This document shows, one piece after another, positions 12,251 to 25,457 of a stretch of DNA of 64,000 bases. The number at the start of each line of letters is the position of its first letter. Within the stretch, counting starts at the first letter, position 1. The notes under the pieces are model-generated. The model was not told the origin of the DNA, did not search any database, and saw nothing but the letters and a program-made list of their open reading frames with translations. The stretch lies in NCBI RefSeq assembly GCF_006345805.1, contig NC_043005.1, positions 107,260,001-107,324,000 of the forward strand, in the 5' to 3' direction. The translations under genes and the position numbers were made by a program. This DNA is from Octopus sinensis (Eukaryota).

Positions 12251-13351
12251 CACACATACACTGATATACATATATACACGAACTACCCTTCATATCTCCA
12301 AAATCGTTCACATTTCACCATAATCCACATAACCTGACAATCCGCCTAATCTTTACTCTGTCGATGTTGAGAAAACTCGAAAAACATTTTCCCGTTGCCT
12401 GACGCTAATATTCTTTGCTTATGTAGCACAATAAGAAGAACAAACTTGCTGCATGTTTTGTTTTTCTACTTACAGTTCAAAAGCAACAACATGTAACACG
12501 TATCACCAAAGAAAGCATGTATGTTAGCAGACAATTCTGTACTGCGGATATCTTGTGACGAACATGGATGCTCAAAGGAGTTAACACTGCATCGCAAAAC
12601 CTAGCTTTCCTACACATTCGCGAACAAATTTCAACACTTACCAAAACTATTTAACATCTATAAGGCTCAGATGACTGTCACACAAAACACTGCTCCTGCA
12701 TCTGAGACATGTCAACTGAAACACAGATAGCCGGATTCACATCCAAAGAACCGTTAACGAACTGAAAGGAATAAAGTCACTCACCAACACTCTCTAAGAG
12801 CTCGACCACAGACTTACCTTCTCTCTGATTTACAAGTCATTAATTCCACGCCCGCTGCACTTCGGAATTTCATTGATATTGCATCACAGTTATTCAGACA
12901 ATCCGAATATATATCTCCACGTTTTATTATGCAGAAACAGGTCTATTCTCGGGTCCGAAGTATTCTGCCCTGTCCTTCATTCAAAAAATGTAGTCGTTCT
13001 GCATTTTTCTTTCAATAAATATATTTCTTCAAATCATTGACTGGCAATACCTTGCGCACATCGATTTGGAGGGGCATAGAGGCTATGTAGCTACATGACA
13101 AAGCAATAAATAATGCAAAAACATCTTAGCCAATCGATAATATGCCAATTGATAGAATATAAAGCCAGGGTGAAATAGGTCAATGGGTGGATATGACCAA
13201 CTGAAGCAATCTGAAGGTAGTACCAGCGCTGTAACCAACATAGACAATAAAATATTTAACCGCGCGCGTATATGAATGAATATATACATACACACATACA
13301 CATATACATTCGTAAATGCATACATTGATAGAAGCTTATATATGGATGTGA

Positions 13352-13385
<34 letters not shown>

Positions 13386-13389
<4 letters not shown>

Positions 13390-13800
13390 CCCCTAGCATT
13401 GCTTGACAACCGATGCTAGTGTGTTTACGTCCCCGTCACTAAGCGGTTCGGCAAAAAAGCCCGATATAATAAGTACTGGGCTTACAAAGAATAAGTCTCG
13501 GGGTCGATTTGCTCGACTAAAAGGTGGTGCTCCAGCATGGCCGCAGTCAAATGACTGAAACAAGTAAAAGAGTAAAAGAGTATATATATATAAGGATTAT
13601 ATGTGCGTGTGTGTGTCTTTATGTCTGTGTTTGTCCCCTATTGCCGCTTGACAACCGTTGATTGTTTACGTCCCTCAAATATAGCGGTTCGGTGGAGTTA
13701 AACCGACAGAATAAGTACAGGATTTTAAATATGTACCGAGGTCGATACAAGACGATGCTCAAGCATGGCCGCAGTCTAATGACTGAACCAAGTAAAAGAA
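13386..13800 (+). mobile_element. Two adjacent SINE family B 3' halves (second one diverged)
   Basis: TCCCCCTAGCATTGCTTGACAACCG...GACTGAAACAAGTAAAAGAG, repeated in a variant form at about 13600-13800. Confidence 0.8.
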
Positions 13801-14008
13801 AGAATATTAGATAAATGGGTGTGTGTAGATGTACGCATGTAAACGACAGAAATTGTAAAGAAATTTTTTTTTTCTTAATCTCCTCCCTTTTTCCTTTCTC
13901 TCTTCTCCACGTATTCTATTAAAAAAAAACCAATATGACCAAACTGTCAATAATATACCTTTGTTATATTCTTCGCCGAACATTTACTTTGATATTATCT
14001 ATCCCTGT

Positions 14009-14410
14009 AAGGCGGCGAGCTGGCAGAAACGTTAGCTCGCCTGGCGAAATGCTTAGCGGTATTTCGTCTGCCGCTACGTTCTGAGTTCAAATTCCGCCAT
14101 GGTCGACTTTGCCTTTCATCCTTTCGGGGTCGATTAAATAAGTACCAGTTACGCACTGGGGTGTATATAATCGACTTGATCCGTTTGTCTGTCCTTGTTT
14201 GTCCTCTCTGTGTTTAGCCCCTATAGGATAGTAAAGAAGTAGGTATTTCGCCCGTCGTTACGTTCTGAGTTCAAATTCCGCCGAGCTCGACTTCGCCTTT
14301 CATGCTTTCGGGGTCGATAAAATAAGTACCAGTTACATACTGGGGCTGATCTAATCGACTGGACCCCACTTCCCCAAAATTTCGGATCTTGTGCCTAGAG
14401 TAGAAAAGAA
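14009..14410 (+). mobile_element. SINE family C dimer (full monomer plus 5'-truncated monomer with a different tail)
   Basis: AAGGCGGCGAGCTGGCAGAAACGTTAG head; core GTCGACTTTGCCTTTCATCCTTTCGGGGTCGA present twice; junction near 14242. Confidence 0.85.
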
Positions 14411-14684
14411 TATCTATCCCTGTGAAACTTATTCAATTTTATATGAACATCTGACTTTATGTGAACTTTTAAATTTGTTAAAGTCCCCTTGTCTTAAATA
14501 TATTTGTGCCACAGATAAGCAAAAAATGCTGAAACTAGTTTGGTATGTATATGAATAAATTTATTTAAAAAATAACTACACGTTTTTCAATTACAGTTGC
14601 ATTTTCAAAACCCAAAACAAAAAATCATTCTATATGTATGTATGTATATATGTATCAAAAGAAATACAGGACGCAAAGGATTTT

Positions 14685-14771
14685 GCGGTACATATGTTTC
14701 GGGCTTTATTGAACAACTTATATCAATGCATAATTGATATAACAGGTAGATCAAAAGCCTTCTTCAGCCGC
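14685..14771 (-). ncRNA. Type I hammerhead ribozyme with long stem II
   Basis: Stem I GCGG/CCGC, CTGAAGA, stem II GGCTTT/AAAGCC capped by a perfect 10-bp hairpin TTATATCAAT/ATTGATATAA, then GAAA-C-ATAT-GTA. Confidence 0.8.
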
Positions 14772-15434
14772 GTACAATTACCACACCAAAGACATGTATC
14801 ACATTATAGCAGGTTTGAGAAAAAGTTTGGGAAAAAACCGAGTTTCATTGGCAAAGTAAATCCACATAGGCGTATATGGCATTGCGAGACTCCAAAACAA
14901 ATCGTCCATATGTATGTATGTATATATAAATATAATCCTTTTTTTCTAAGTCATACCTAATTCCCGAGAACTATTCCAGCTGTAAACATCGGAGCTTTTG
15001 CTTTTAGACATACTTACTAAAGTTACATCATCCAATATGATGCAGCGCTTCAAGGTTGCAATTTGAAGGTATTGTGAATTCTCTATCTACCAGATCAAAC
15101 CATCCATTGGGGCCTGTTTGTGGTCACGTTATCATTATATGGACAAATGAAGCACGGGTGCGTTCAGTGTGTGTGTGTATGTATGCATGTGTGTGTGTGC
15201 ATGTGTGTGTGCCTGCACTCGCGCGCGTGTGTGCGAGTGAGTATGTACGTGTGAACTTGTGTCTATGGGTATGTGTGTAGCTCTCTCATGCATGTCTATG
15301 TATGCGTCAAAGGAGAAATTTTGTTCCGTACCTCATAAATATGATATTGTTACAATTAGTTAACCACATAATCTTATATGTATTTCCTTAATTATTATTT
15401 TCATCAACACACTATAACACATTCCTATATACAC

Positions 15435-15476
<42 letters not shown>

Positions 15477-15891
15477 CATATATATATATATACAATATAT
15501 ATATACATTTATATATTACATATATGTATATATATATATATACACACACCACACACACACACACACACATATATAATATATATATATATATATATAAATA
15601 TTATTTCGCATATAAACACTACATTAATGATGATGAGCTTTACAAATTATCGTATAATTTCATTGATTGATTTACTCATTAATTACTCGTATTTAGGTCA
15701 GTCAGGTCACCTTTGCCTATGTGCTATTGGCATTCTTACAATGCGGTTCCTGATAAAAATTTACCTCCCGCTGCTTGTTGTCTTCTAACGTCTGTTATAT
15801 AGTTTAATGAAGCATGGCTTTATTATTACTCCCCCAAGACCTGCGTGATATGTCTCTCATACATACGTACATATGTCTGTATAAGCGCAGA

Positions 15892-16047
15892 TGTAGCTGT
15901 GTGGTAACAAAGCTTGTTTCCTAACCACATGGCTGTGAGTTCAATACCACTGAGTGGAATCTTGAGCAAGTGTTTTCTACTATAGCCTCGGGTCAATCAA
16001 AGCCTTGTGAGTGGATTAGGTAGACAGAAACTGTAAAAAGCCCGTAT
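15892..16047 (+). mobile_element. SINE family B 5' half, diverged
   Basis: GCTGTGTGGTAACAAAGCTTG...AAAGCCTTGTGAGTGGAT...GAAACTG. Confidence 0.8.
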
Positions 16048-16061
16048 GTAATATATGTATG

Positions 16062-16131
<70 letters not shown>

Positions 16132-16391
16132 TATTATATGTATATATATATATATTTAGTCTGAGTGTGTGTGTATGCGAGTGTGTATATGCATGTGTGT
16201 GTGCGTGTGCATGTTTGTCAGAGACTATGAGAATAAATACTAGATATCTCTCTATCTCTTTCTTTCTCTCTCTTTCCATACACACACACTCACACACATA
16301 TCATATACATGTATAAGTATATTTGTAATACATATAACTGTGTGAGTTAGAGATAGAGATAGAGAGATAGATAGATAGAAGATAGATAGAT

Positions 16392-16472
<81 letters not shown>

Positions 16473-16706
16473 TACAATAAATTATATTTTCAATAGTTGC
16501 TGTGTACTTTTCACCATTATGGCTGCTTGGAAACCTGCATTGAGTGTTCGAAGTGCCTTTCCATGCTTAACGAGAACGGTCATCACGTATAGAGTTAGTT
16601 AGATCGAAGCAGACTGGAGTATCACAGTCTTTGTAGAGCTCTATAACAGTAGTGCATCTATTTGTATAAAGTAGACTATATATATATATATATATGTACG
16701 TATATG

Positions 16707-16794
<88 letters not shown>

Positions 16795-16899
16795 ATATAT
16801 ATATAATATACATATATATATATATATATATAAGAAAATAGTAGAGAGTGAAAAAACGACAGAAGGCTTAAATGTTAAGAATATATATATTTGTGTCAA

Positions 16900-18016
16900 T
16901 ATGTCTGGAGAATATTGGAAACATTTTTTTCCCGTCTTATAATGACATAATTTTATAATTTTTAAAGAAAGACCGGTTCGCATTTAGCTCTTCAAATTTC
17001 TGCGACGTAATGTTTATCTTTAATAGCGTTATCCTTGTTTTTTTGCTACGGAGAGTTCTAAATAAGGGAAGGTAGTGTGTGATTCTTCCGGTGTAAGGGA
17101 GATAATCGCTTAAAAAAAATTTTTTTTTCCTTTTTCTCTTAGTGTGAATTCTCTGTATATTATGTTTGGATAGTTGAGTCTGGGTTTGTACTTTTCAATG
17201 AAGTATGTTTCCTTGTTTAGTCTAATTTGTGTTGATGATCCGAAAGCACATTGGTAAAATGGAAAGATTAAAAATTGTGGTTGTAGTTGCTTTGCGCATT
17301 TCTCAATGTGCTCACTAAAAGGTATCATTCTATATTCTGGGAATGCAATCTGTTGTCGATGCAGTGTGCATCTACGTCTGAGTGATAGTCCCGTGGACCC
17401 CACGTAGTCTTGGTGGCAGCCCGAGCATTTTATGACATAAATTATGTTTTCAGAGGCACAAGTAAAGTTAGATTTGATCTTGAATTTCTGTCCCTCTTTA
17501 AAGAAGAATTCTGATCCTTCTAGTAGGTTAGGACATGTTGCACAGTTCGATCTACCACATTTTTTTACTTTTGCATCCGTAATTTCAGATGATAATTTTG
17601 CCTTTGTGAGAATCTTTTTAAGTGATTTAGGCTGTTTGTAGCTTTTAATGATCTGGTGTATGTTTCGAATTTCCTTTAATTTTGGGTTTTTATGAAGTAT
17701 TGGTAAATTCTGGGTGATGATGGTGAAAGCTTCTTTGTTTCTGGGGTTGTATGTAGATATGTAAGGTAGTATTTTCGGGGAAGGTGTGTTGTTGTGTTGA
17801 ACTTTTCTTAAAGTTCTATGTTGATTTCTGTTGCACGTCTGATCCCATCCTCTATGAGTTGAGCTGGGTAATGTCTGTCAATAAGGTTTTTTGAGTTCTT
17901 GCAGTCTGAAGTTCCTGGTATTTTGTTCTGACACTATGTGCATATCCTTCTTGCAAGGTTGAAGGGGATGTTTGTTTTAGTGTGTCTTGGGTGGCATGAA
18001 TTAAAGAGAAGGTATT
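16900..18016 (-). mobile_element. Inverted 3' segment of a Neptune-type Penelope-like element (RT thumb, Zn linker, GIY-YIG, 3' UTR)
   Basis: KKCGRSNCATC...FTCASENIIYVIKCSGCHQDYVGSTGLSLRRRCTLHRQQI...KETYFIEKYKPRLN. 17718-18016 is the reverse complement of 20799-21101. The left boundary is approximate. Confidence 0.9.
16966..17001 (-). ncRNA. Degenerate minimal hammerhead in the PLE 3' UTR (pLTR)
   Basis: AGAAA/TTTCT stem I, TTGAAGA, GC-TAAAT-GC, GAAC-CG-GTC (one A missing); about 110 nt downstream of the GIY-YIG stop. Confidence 0.5.
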
Positions 18017-18066
18017 ATTTCACAAACAAACTTTCTTATCTATATGTTAAACACGTGAGACCGAAA

Positions 18067-18843
18067 ATGCCACAGAAGACAAACACCTCGGATAAAACCC
18101 TAAATGAGGACATACTCAAAGAACTGAAAAATATTAATTCACAGCTTCTTAACCTGAACAACAAAATCGAGGAATCAAACTTACTCGCCCGGGAAAGTAA
18201 AAGCAATGAAGATGCAACTCGCTACACTGACCAGGTGAGTAAGGATTTACAACTGTTATATACAACACTAAACTCAATTTTCATCAACAAATCCGAAAAT
18301 AATACACAGGCACCTAATGAAACACAACAGGACACCATACGCACCCAAATCAACCCAGCAAAAAGAAAAATAGGAAACATTTGGAATACAAACCTGCACA
18401 ACAGAAAACTCACCTTCTGGAACATGATAAAAAATTCCAACAAAGCAGATATTTACGAGGGATGGATAAACTCAACACCAATTATCCTCCCACGCAAATT
18501 CCAGATAAAATTAATTCCTAACGAGCCTGACGGACAGAGATCTATTAGAGAAAAGTCAGCTCTGTTCAATTTTAAATCAGAAATAGAGCTTCTAAGACTC
18601 AGGGCCTCCACAAATGAAGAAAAATTTAAAAGCATAGACGAGGAGATGCACAATATAATACTGAAACATACCGAGGGACGACCCCTCGAAAATACATTGG
18701 ATCATTGGAAGGATACCTGTGAGAGAGAAGAGAGAGATTCTCTCCTACGCTGGGAGAAAAACATGGACTTCTTCCAAAAATATAGTGAAACTTTCAAAAA
18801 TGAATTGGGTACAAATAATCCCTTCCTTAAGAAAATACAATAA
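18067..18843 (+). CDS. PLE N-terminal ORF (258 aa from MPQKT), coiled-coil-like start
   Basis: In-frame ATG at 18067 within track ORF 17938-18843; the upstream 43 codons come from the inverted copy. It may originally have been continuous with the RT. Confidence 0.55.
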   Translation: MPQKTNTSDKTLNEDILKELKNINSQLLNLNNKIEESNLLARESKSNEDATRYTDQVSKDLQLLYTTLNSIFINKSENNTQAPNETQQDTIRTQINPAKRKIGNIWNTNLHNRKLTFWNMIKNSNKADIYEGWINSTPIILPRKFQIKLIPNEPDGQRSIREKSALFNFKSEIELLRLRASTNEEKFKSIDEEMHNIILKHTEGRPLENTLDHWKDTCEREERDSLLRWEKNMDFFQKYSETFKNELGTNNPFLKKIQ

Positions 18844-19414
18844 ATAAAAAAGAAAAACCAAACAACCACGAACAACCCCCAACTATCCTCCATACACTAA
18901 AAACAGAAATCACCCACAACCAACCTTTGCAAACCACGCAAGACTAACAGGGAACTAGCTGACAGAGGACGCGTCTATGAAAGAAATTACACCAAAAACA
19001 GAACACACCAACAACATCCTAATACCAGACCCAACCACCATACAGCACAATACGACACTAGAATAAGAAATACACCACACACAAATCGCTACTACCCCAT
19101 GAACCAAAATTACTGGTCCCCACTAAACACAAGACAAACGCAAAAAAACACTATGTCAAGCAACATCCCACATACAAGCAGTTCGAAACAAAAATATTTC
19201 CCATACAGAAATTTTACACACACCACAAACAATAACAACCATAGATTCCCACACACACACAACGATCGGGGGCAGCAATACCACCACTCCCCCGACCAAA
19301 TACCACACAACCTCACAGACAACTCATACAAACAAAATTACACCCAACATTTTTTAGCCAGGGACCAGGGACACCAGGACACAGGCTGGAACCTAGTAAT
19401 AAGGAAAAACCGAA

Positions 19415-21101
19415 GATAATCAATCTTTCAACCAAACCTCTTTCTAACATAAAAATTGACATCCTCGCAAAAGGGCTCAAATTACACCAACTCCACGCAG
19501 AGCCAACCAAATGAACTCAAGGATAATATAACAGAATTTTGCAGAAAATAAGACTAGCAGAAGCATCAACCAGTTTCAATACTGAAGATGAATCACTAGT
19601 CAAGAACAAAAGTGAACACATCCCACACAGAGGAAGAAATAAAGATCTTGACGAATTCTGTAACCACATTGAGAACTTCCCCTACCATACTATACATAAA
19701 CAGAAAGCTAACCCAAATTTTAACACTACACAATGGAAAGAACTGATAGAACTTCAAAATGATGAGGATATAACCATTAAGGAAGCAGACAAGGGAAATG
19801 CAGTTGTAATAATGGATACATCATACTACAGAAATCTTGTAATTCCTTGCTTGATGACGACCTACATTATGAAAAAATTACCAACTACACCCCACAAAAA
19901 ATAATGAAAAAACTCATCTTCACTAATTAAAACCCATGAAAAGGAACTAACAACCAAAGAGATTGACTTCCTAACAAACTTTAAATGCAAACCTAGTCTT
20001 TTCTTTGGTCTGCCAAAAATTCATAAAAGTCAAATTATAAATGAAACCATTAAAAAAATCACCAAAGACATACATACACACACCCAACCCGGGGGACCTA
20101 AAACTACGACCCATTGTAGCTGGCCCGTCCTGTGAAACACACAGACTAAGTCTACTTATGGACATCCTCCTGAAACCTTTCCTTAAACATATCGATAGCC
20201 ATATCAGAGATGACTTAGATATGGTAAACCACCTTCCAAAAAAAGCCAAGGAAGAAACAATCCTGGTTTCATTTGATGTAGTCAACTCGTATACCAGTAT
20301 ACCTCATAATTATGGACTGGAGGCAATACAGTTCTGGTTAGACCAATTTCCGGAAGAAATACCAAAAAGGATCAGTAAAGAATTCATTACTAAATCAATT
20401 GAATTCATCCTACACAATAACCACTTCATGTTTGACAATACATTTTACCGTCAAAAATCCGGAATTGCTATGGGTACAAGGGCAGCACCAGTCATTGCGA
20501 ACTAAACAATGGGATACATGGAAATAATCATTACCAGGAATCTTTATCAATCTTTGGAAACCCCCTCTCTCAATACATAAAAGAGAACTGGAAACGATTC
20601 TTGGACGATTGTTTATTCTCTGGAATGAAAACACAGATAAACTCTTAAAATTTAAAAACCTATTGAACAGCATAAACTCAAATATACAGTTCACAATGGA
20701 ATACAACCAAAAGGAGCTCCCGTTCTTGGATATACTAATTAAAAAAATTAACCTTAAAATAGAAACAGACATTTTCTACAAAGCCACAGACGCCAAACAA
20801 TACCTTCTCTTTAATTCATGCCACCCAAGACACACTAAAACAAACATCCCCTTCAACCTTGCAAGAAGGATATGCACAATAGTGTCAGAACAAAATACCA
20901 GGAACTTCAGACTGCAAGAACTCAAAAACACCTTAATTGACAGACATTACCCAGCTCAACTCATAGAGGATGGGATCAGGCGTGCAACAGAAATCAACAT
21001 AGAAACTTTAAGAAAAGTTCAACACAACAACACACCTTCCCCGAAAATACTACCTTACATATCTACATACAACCCCAGAAACAAAGAAGCTTTCACCATC
21101 A
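19415..21101 (+). pseudogene. PLE reverse transcriptase, frameshifted
   Basis: INLSTKPLS..DILAKGLK, FFGLPKIHK, LRPIVAGP, SFDVVNSYTSIPH, RQKSGIAMGTRAAP, WKRFLDDC, IQFTMEY...LPFLDILI, SCHPRHTKTNIPFNLARRI. Confidence 0.95.
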
Positions 21102-21586
21102 GTATTTCAAGATCGTTTAATTATATATCTTTTCTCATCGACAGTTACTGAGGAGACAATAAAAGGGTTCTAATATTTCTAACATATCATTCATTGAATT
21201 CATATGGCCCCTGTATGTCGATAATTTCTAGTTTACTTGTTTCACTGAGATGACATTCGTTTTGGAGTTTATAAAGAAAGCATTAATAAACAGCCAATAT
21301 ACTTTAACATTTTAGCACGGTAGCACGAAGCATCTGCTTATTTGTTGCTTGATATGAGTTGATGCTATCACTAAATACAGGAAGGGAATTGCACATTGAA
21401 GGCTTTCGTGTGCCCGATGAGTGTCTAAAAGCATTTCTAACTTATCTTTTCTTTCTCCATCATCTCTTGAACTTGATCTTCCCTCTTCACTTTTCACACG
21501 TCATGACTTAATAAGAAAATAGGATTAAGAAGATGCATCATACAACACACACATACATACACACACACACATACACACAACGCATA

Positions 21587-21628
<42 letters not shown>

Positions 21629-21716
21629 TATATATATATATATTATATATATATAGATAGATAGATAGATATATAGATATATACACACACATATATATAT
21701 ATATATATACACAGAC

Positions 21717-21753
<37 letters not shown>

Positions 21754-21759
21754 ATATAT

Positions 21760-21833
<74 letters not shown>

Positions 21834-21835
21834 TA

Positions 21836-21877
<42 letters not shown>

Positions 21878-22304
21878 TAAGAACAACAAAATGTTTTGCA
21901 ACCTGAGAAATTTCTAAAGTTTAAAATTTAGATATTCAGTGAAATTAATCAGAAATAAATTCCGAATAACTATAGGTAATTAAGTAGTAAATAAAAATAA
22001 TGGAAAACCAGTCCGTGTACTATGAGCTGTGAAACCTGTCTGCGTATATGTCTAGGAGCTTGTTTGTACGTGTACTTGTGTGTTTACGCTTTTATTCGTG
22101 CAGTTGTATGTTTCCAAGTGAGCAGAAAATAAAAGTACTTGTCAAATCGTTACATTGAAAAAATCTAGGCTAAAGGGGTTGCGTTTAGCAGAATATATGT
22201 CTAAATATTTTTCCCGCAACAGCGTACGTTTCTCGATAAATTCCCGTTGCACACAAGCAGAAATGCAGATTCTGAATTTTTTAATACTATGTGTATGTCA
22301 ATTG

Positions 22305-22345
<41 letters not shown>

Positions 22346-22366
22346 CACACATATACACATACATAC

Positions 22367-22407
<41 letters not shown>

Positions 22408-22420
22408 CATACACACACAC

Positions 22421-22473
<53 letters not shown>

Positions 22474-22979
22474 ACATGCACAAACATATATATACTTAAC
22501 TGTACTTATGTATATAATTATGTGTAGCTTTATGTGCGCATGTTAGTGCGTCTAGGATACATGTCTGTGTGATTAGATTTGGGTTTTGTATGTCAACTTT
22601 TATATTCGGTATTTTCATATTAAAATTTATTCCAGGAGAGATTAGCAGTGCACTGATCAGCTACAACTATGTTGACACAGGGCTTCATTGATGCATGCAA
22701 GCAAAGTTCTTATCAATATAAATCATTCATATATCTGAAGACAAGATATTTCTATAACTTCAAAGATTATTTAGACCAATATTATGCCGTCTTTGCCAAA
22801 TCTATAATTATCTTTGTTCATTTTCTCCTGTTCGTGTTCTCTTTCATGTTTTTTTCTTCTTCTTTCCGATTTAATCCTTTCCGCCACCAATACCAAGTTT
22901 ATGATTTGAAAACCAAATGTGACTCAAACCGTAATCTTGTCAAATCTCTTGTCCTTCAGCGAACGATCTATTCATATGT

Positions 22980-23882
22980 ATTATATGTATGTATGTATGT
23001 ATGTATTTATGTATGTATGTATGTATGTATGTATGTATGTATGTATGTATGTATGTATGTATGTATGTATGTGTGTATATATGTATGTGCATATGTATGT
23101 ATGTGTGTATGTATGTATGTTTGTATGTATGTATGAATGTATGTATGTATGTTTGTATGTATGTATGTATGTATAATATATGTATGTATGTATGTATGTG
23201 TATATGCATGTATGTATGCATATATGTATTGCATGTATGTATGTATTTATATATGTATGTATGTATGTACGTACGTGTGTATGTGTGTGTATATGTATGT
23301 ATGTATGTGTATATGTATGTATGTGTATATGTATGTATGTATGTGTATATGTATGTATGTATGTGTGTATGTATGTATGTGTATGTTTGTATGTATGTAT
23401 GTATGTATGTATGAATGTATGTATGTATGTATGTATGCATGTATGTATGTATGTATGCATGCATGCATGTATGTATGCACGCATGCATGTATGTATGTAT
23501 GTATGTATGTATGTATGTATGTATGCATGCATGTATGTATGTATGTATGTATGTATGTATGCATACATGCATGTATGTATGCATGCATGTATGTATGTAT
23601 GTATGTATGTATGTATATGTGTGTGTATTTATTTATGTATGCATGTATGTATATGCGTATGTTTGTATGTAAGTATGAACATGCGTACATACATACCTGT
23701 ACATCTATGCGTTCATATATGCCTGTATGTATGAACGTATGTGTGCACGCAACTATATAGCTATGAATGTATGAATGTTTATATGTATGTTTATGACTAT
23801 GTATGTATGTATGCATGTATGTATGTATGTGTGTATGTATGTATGTATGTATGTATGTATGCATGTATGTATGTATGTATGC
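22980..23882. repeat. About 900-bp degenerate (TATG)n/(CATG) tetranucleotide array
   Basis: Direct reading; explains all MYVC/HTYI ORFs. Confidence 0.95.
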
Positions 23883-24070
23883 AAGTTTTTCTTTAAGATG
23901 TATTTACATTTTTCGCAGTATTGAAGATTGTCGATAACTAAATGAATGTATATAAGTATGTATACGTATATGTAGGTATATAACTATATATGAATAATAG
24001 ATGTATGATAATATATGGGCTCCGTGTGGGCAGTCATCTAAAAGTTTTTGTGCATCTTGATGCTGACATA

Positions 24071-24178
24071 AGTTCCTTACTTTTCCTGATGAGAAGGCGG
24101 CATAATGCACCCCTTATTCCTTCGAAATTAGGAATATGCAGCCTTCGAAACATATGTCGAAATTAAAATAAAGGAATT
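24071..24178 (+). ncRNA. Type I hammerhead ribozyme, canonical core
   Basis: CTGATGA 24086-24092; stem II GAAGGC/GCCTTC plus GCATA/TATGC with side hairpin TTCCT/AGGAA; GAAA 24147-24150; stem III AC-ATAT-GT; GTC 24156-24158; stem I TTTC/GAAA extended by TTCCTT/AAGGAA. Confidence 0.9.
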
Positions 24179-25417
24179 TGTTAATTCGTCGTTCAACTCC
24201 ATTCTTTCATTTATTTGTATTTAAGAAAACACGCAACTTTCAACACGATAGCACGTGATCTCTGCCCTAGGCATGTAGCTTCAACCGTGTTTTTCTGACG
24301 TGAATTTGCTACCCAGGTATCGGTTAACCGAATTATCCATAATAAGATAATTCATTCTACTACTATATATATATATGCATAGTGTGTTGATACACTCACA
24401 CATATAAAATTATACACGCAAACATACATATATATATATACATATATACGTACACACATTTATATATACATCCATCTATATGTATATATATGTATGTTTC
24501 CATGTAAGTATTAATGGATGAATGAACGTTTGCATGAATGGATAATGGCTGGATGTATGGATAGATGGATTTAGTGTTTAATACATTCACATGAAATTAG
24601 TGAGACATAAGAGAAGTCTTTCTTTTTTTATTCATTCAAATAATTTACAATTTTGATCTAATGTTGAGATCTTGAAATCTGATGTTGAATTAGGTTGTCC
24701 ATAAATAGATTACATTCTGTGTTGTTGCGTTTAATAAATGTTTAAGAAGATTATATTTAAAATTTTCTTGTCCTTCATGGATAAATGTTTGTTTTATTAT
24801 CCAGGAGATATTTACATATCATAACTGCAGGCGGAGGAATTAACATTGTTTATCTGAATTATAAACTGAACTGTCGATGCATGCTGTCGCAAATAATGTT
24901 GAAAATTAGCCTTGAATACATTTGGGTCACAAGAGAGAAACCTTGAAACTGTAATTTGCACAGATGTGTAATTACTGTATCTATGGCTGCACGAGTAGAT
25001 ATGGTGCTTTCATTGAAGAAACCTTCAACTTGTGGGGGTATATATGGCATGTTAGTTCGGAAATGGTGGTGATAGTTATGATACTGATGATTATAATGAT
25101 TAGGTTGATGATGACTATGATGATGCTGTTGGTATTACTGATGATGACATTGGTAATATGTGTGGTGTTACTGAGAAGTGATATGATTACAATGGTATTA
25201 GTCATGATTATAACCGTCTTGGGACTCCGCTATGCATTACAAGGCTGTATCTCTCAGTCTCTCTCTTTCACAAACACACACATACCTTCCTGCATAGAAG
25301 CATGCTAACACAAGTTCATACAAATAAATACGTAATTGCATTGATCACAAATTTCTATCTTACCTCTCTAGACTTCAATATGTTGCCACTATTATCACTC
25401 TCGCTCTGACACAGTCC

Positions 25418-25457
<40 letters not shown>

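Larger units (their letters stand above)
18017..21101 (+). mobile_element. Penelope-like element body, 3'-truncated before the endonuclease
   Basis: N-terminal ORF plus PLE-type RT motifs; homology ends abruptly at 21101. Confidence 0.9.

Noticed and set aside
17938-18066. Start of the 301-aa ORF at 17938
   Set aside because: Codons up to 18016 are antisense RT sequence from the inverted copy; the plausible start is ATG 18067.
21312-21497. MLLDTHRAH...STHIKQ, a faint pogo/DDE-1-like motif on the minus strand
   Set aside because: Too short and degenerate to support without a profile search.
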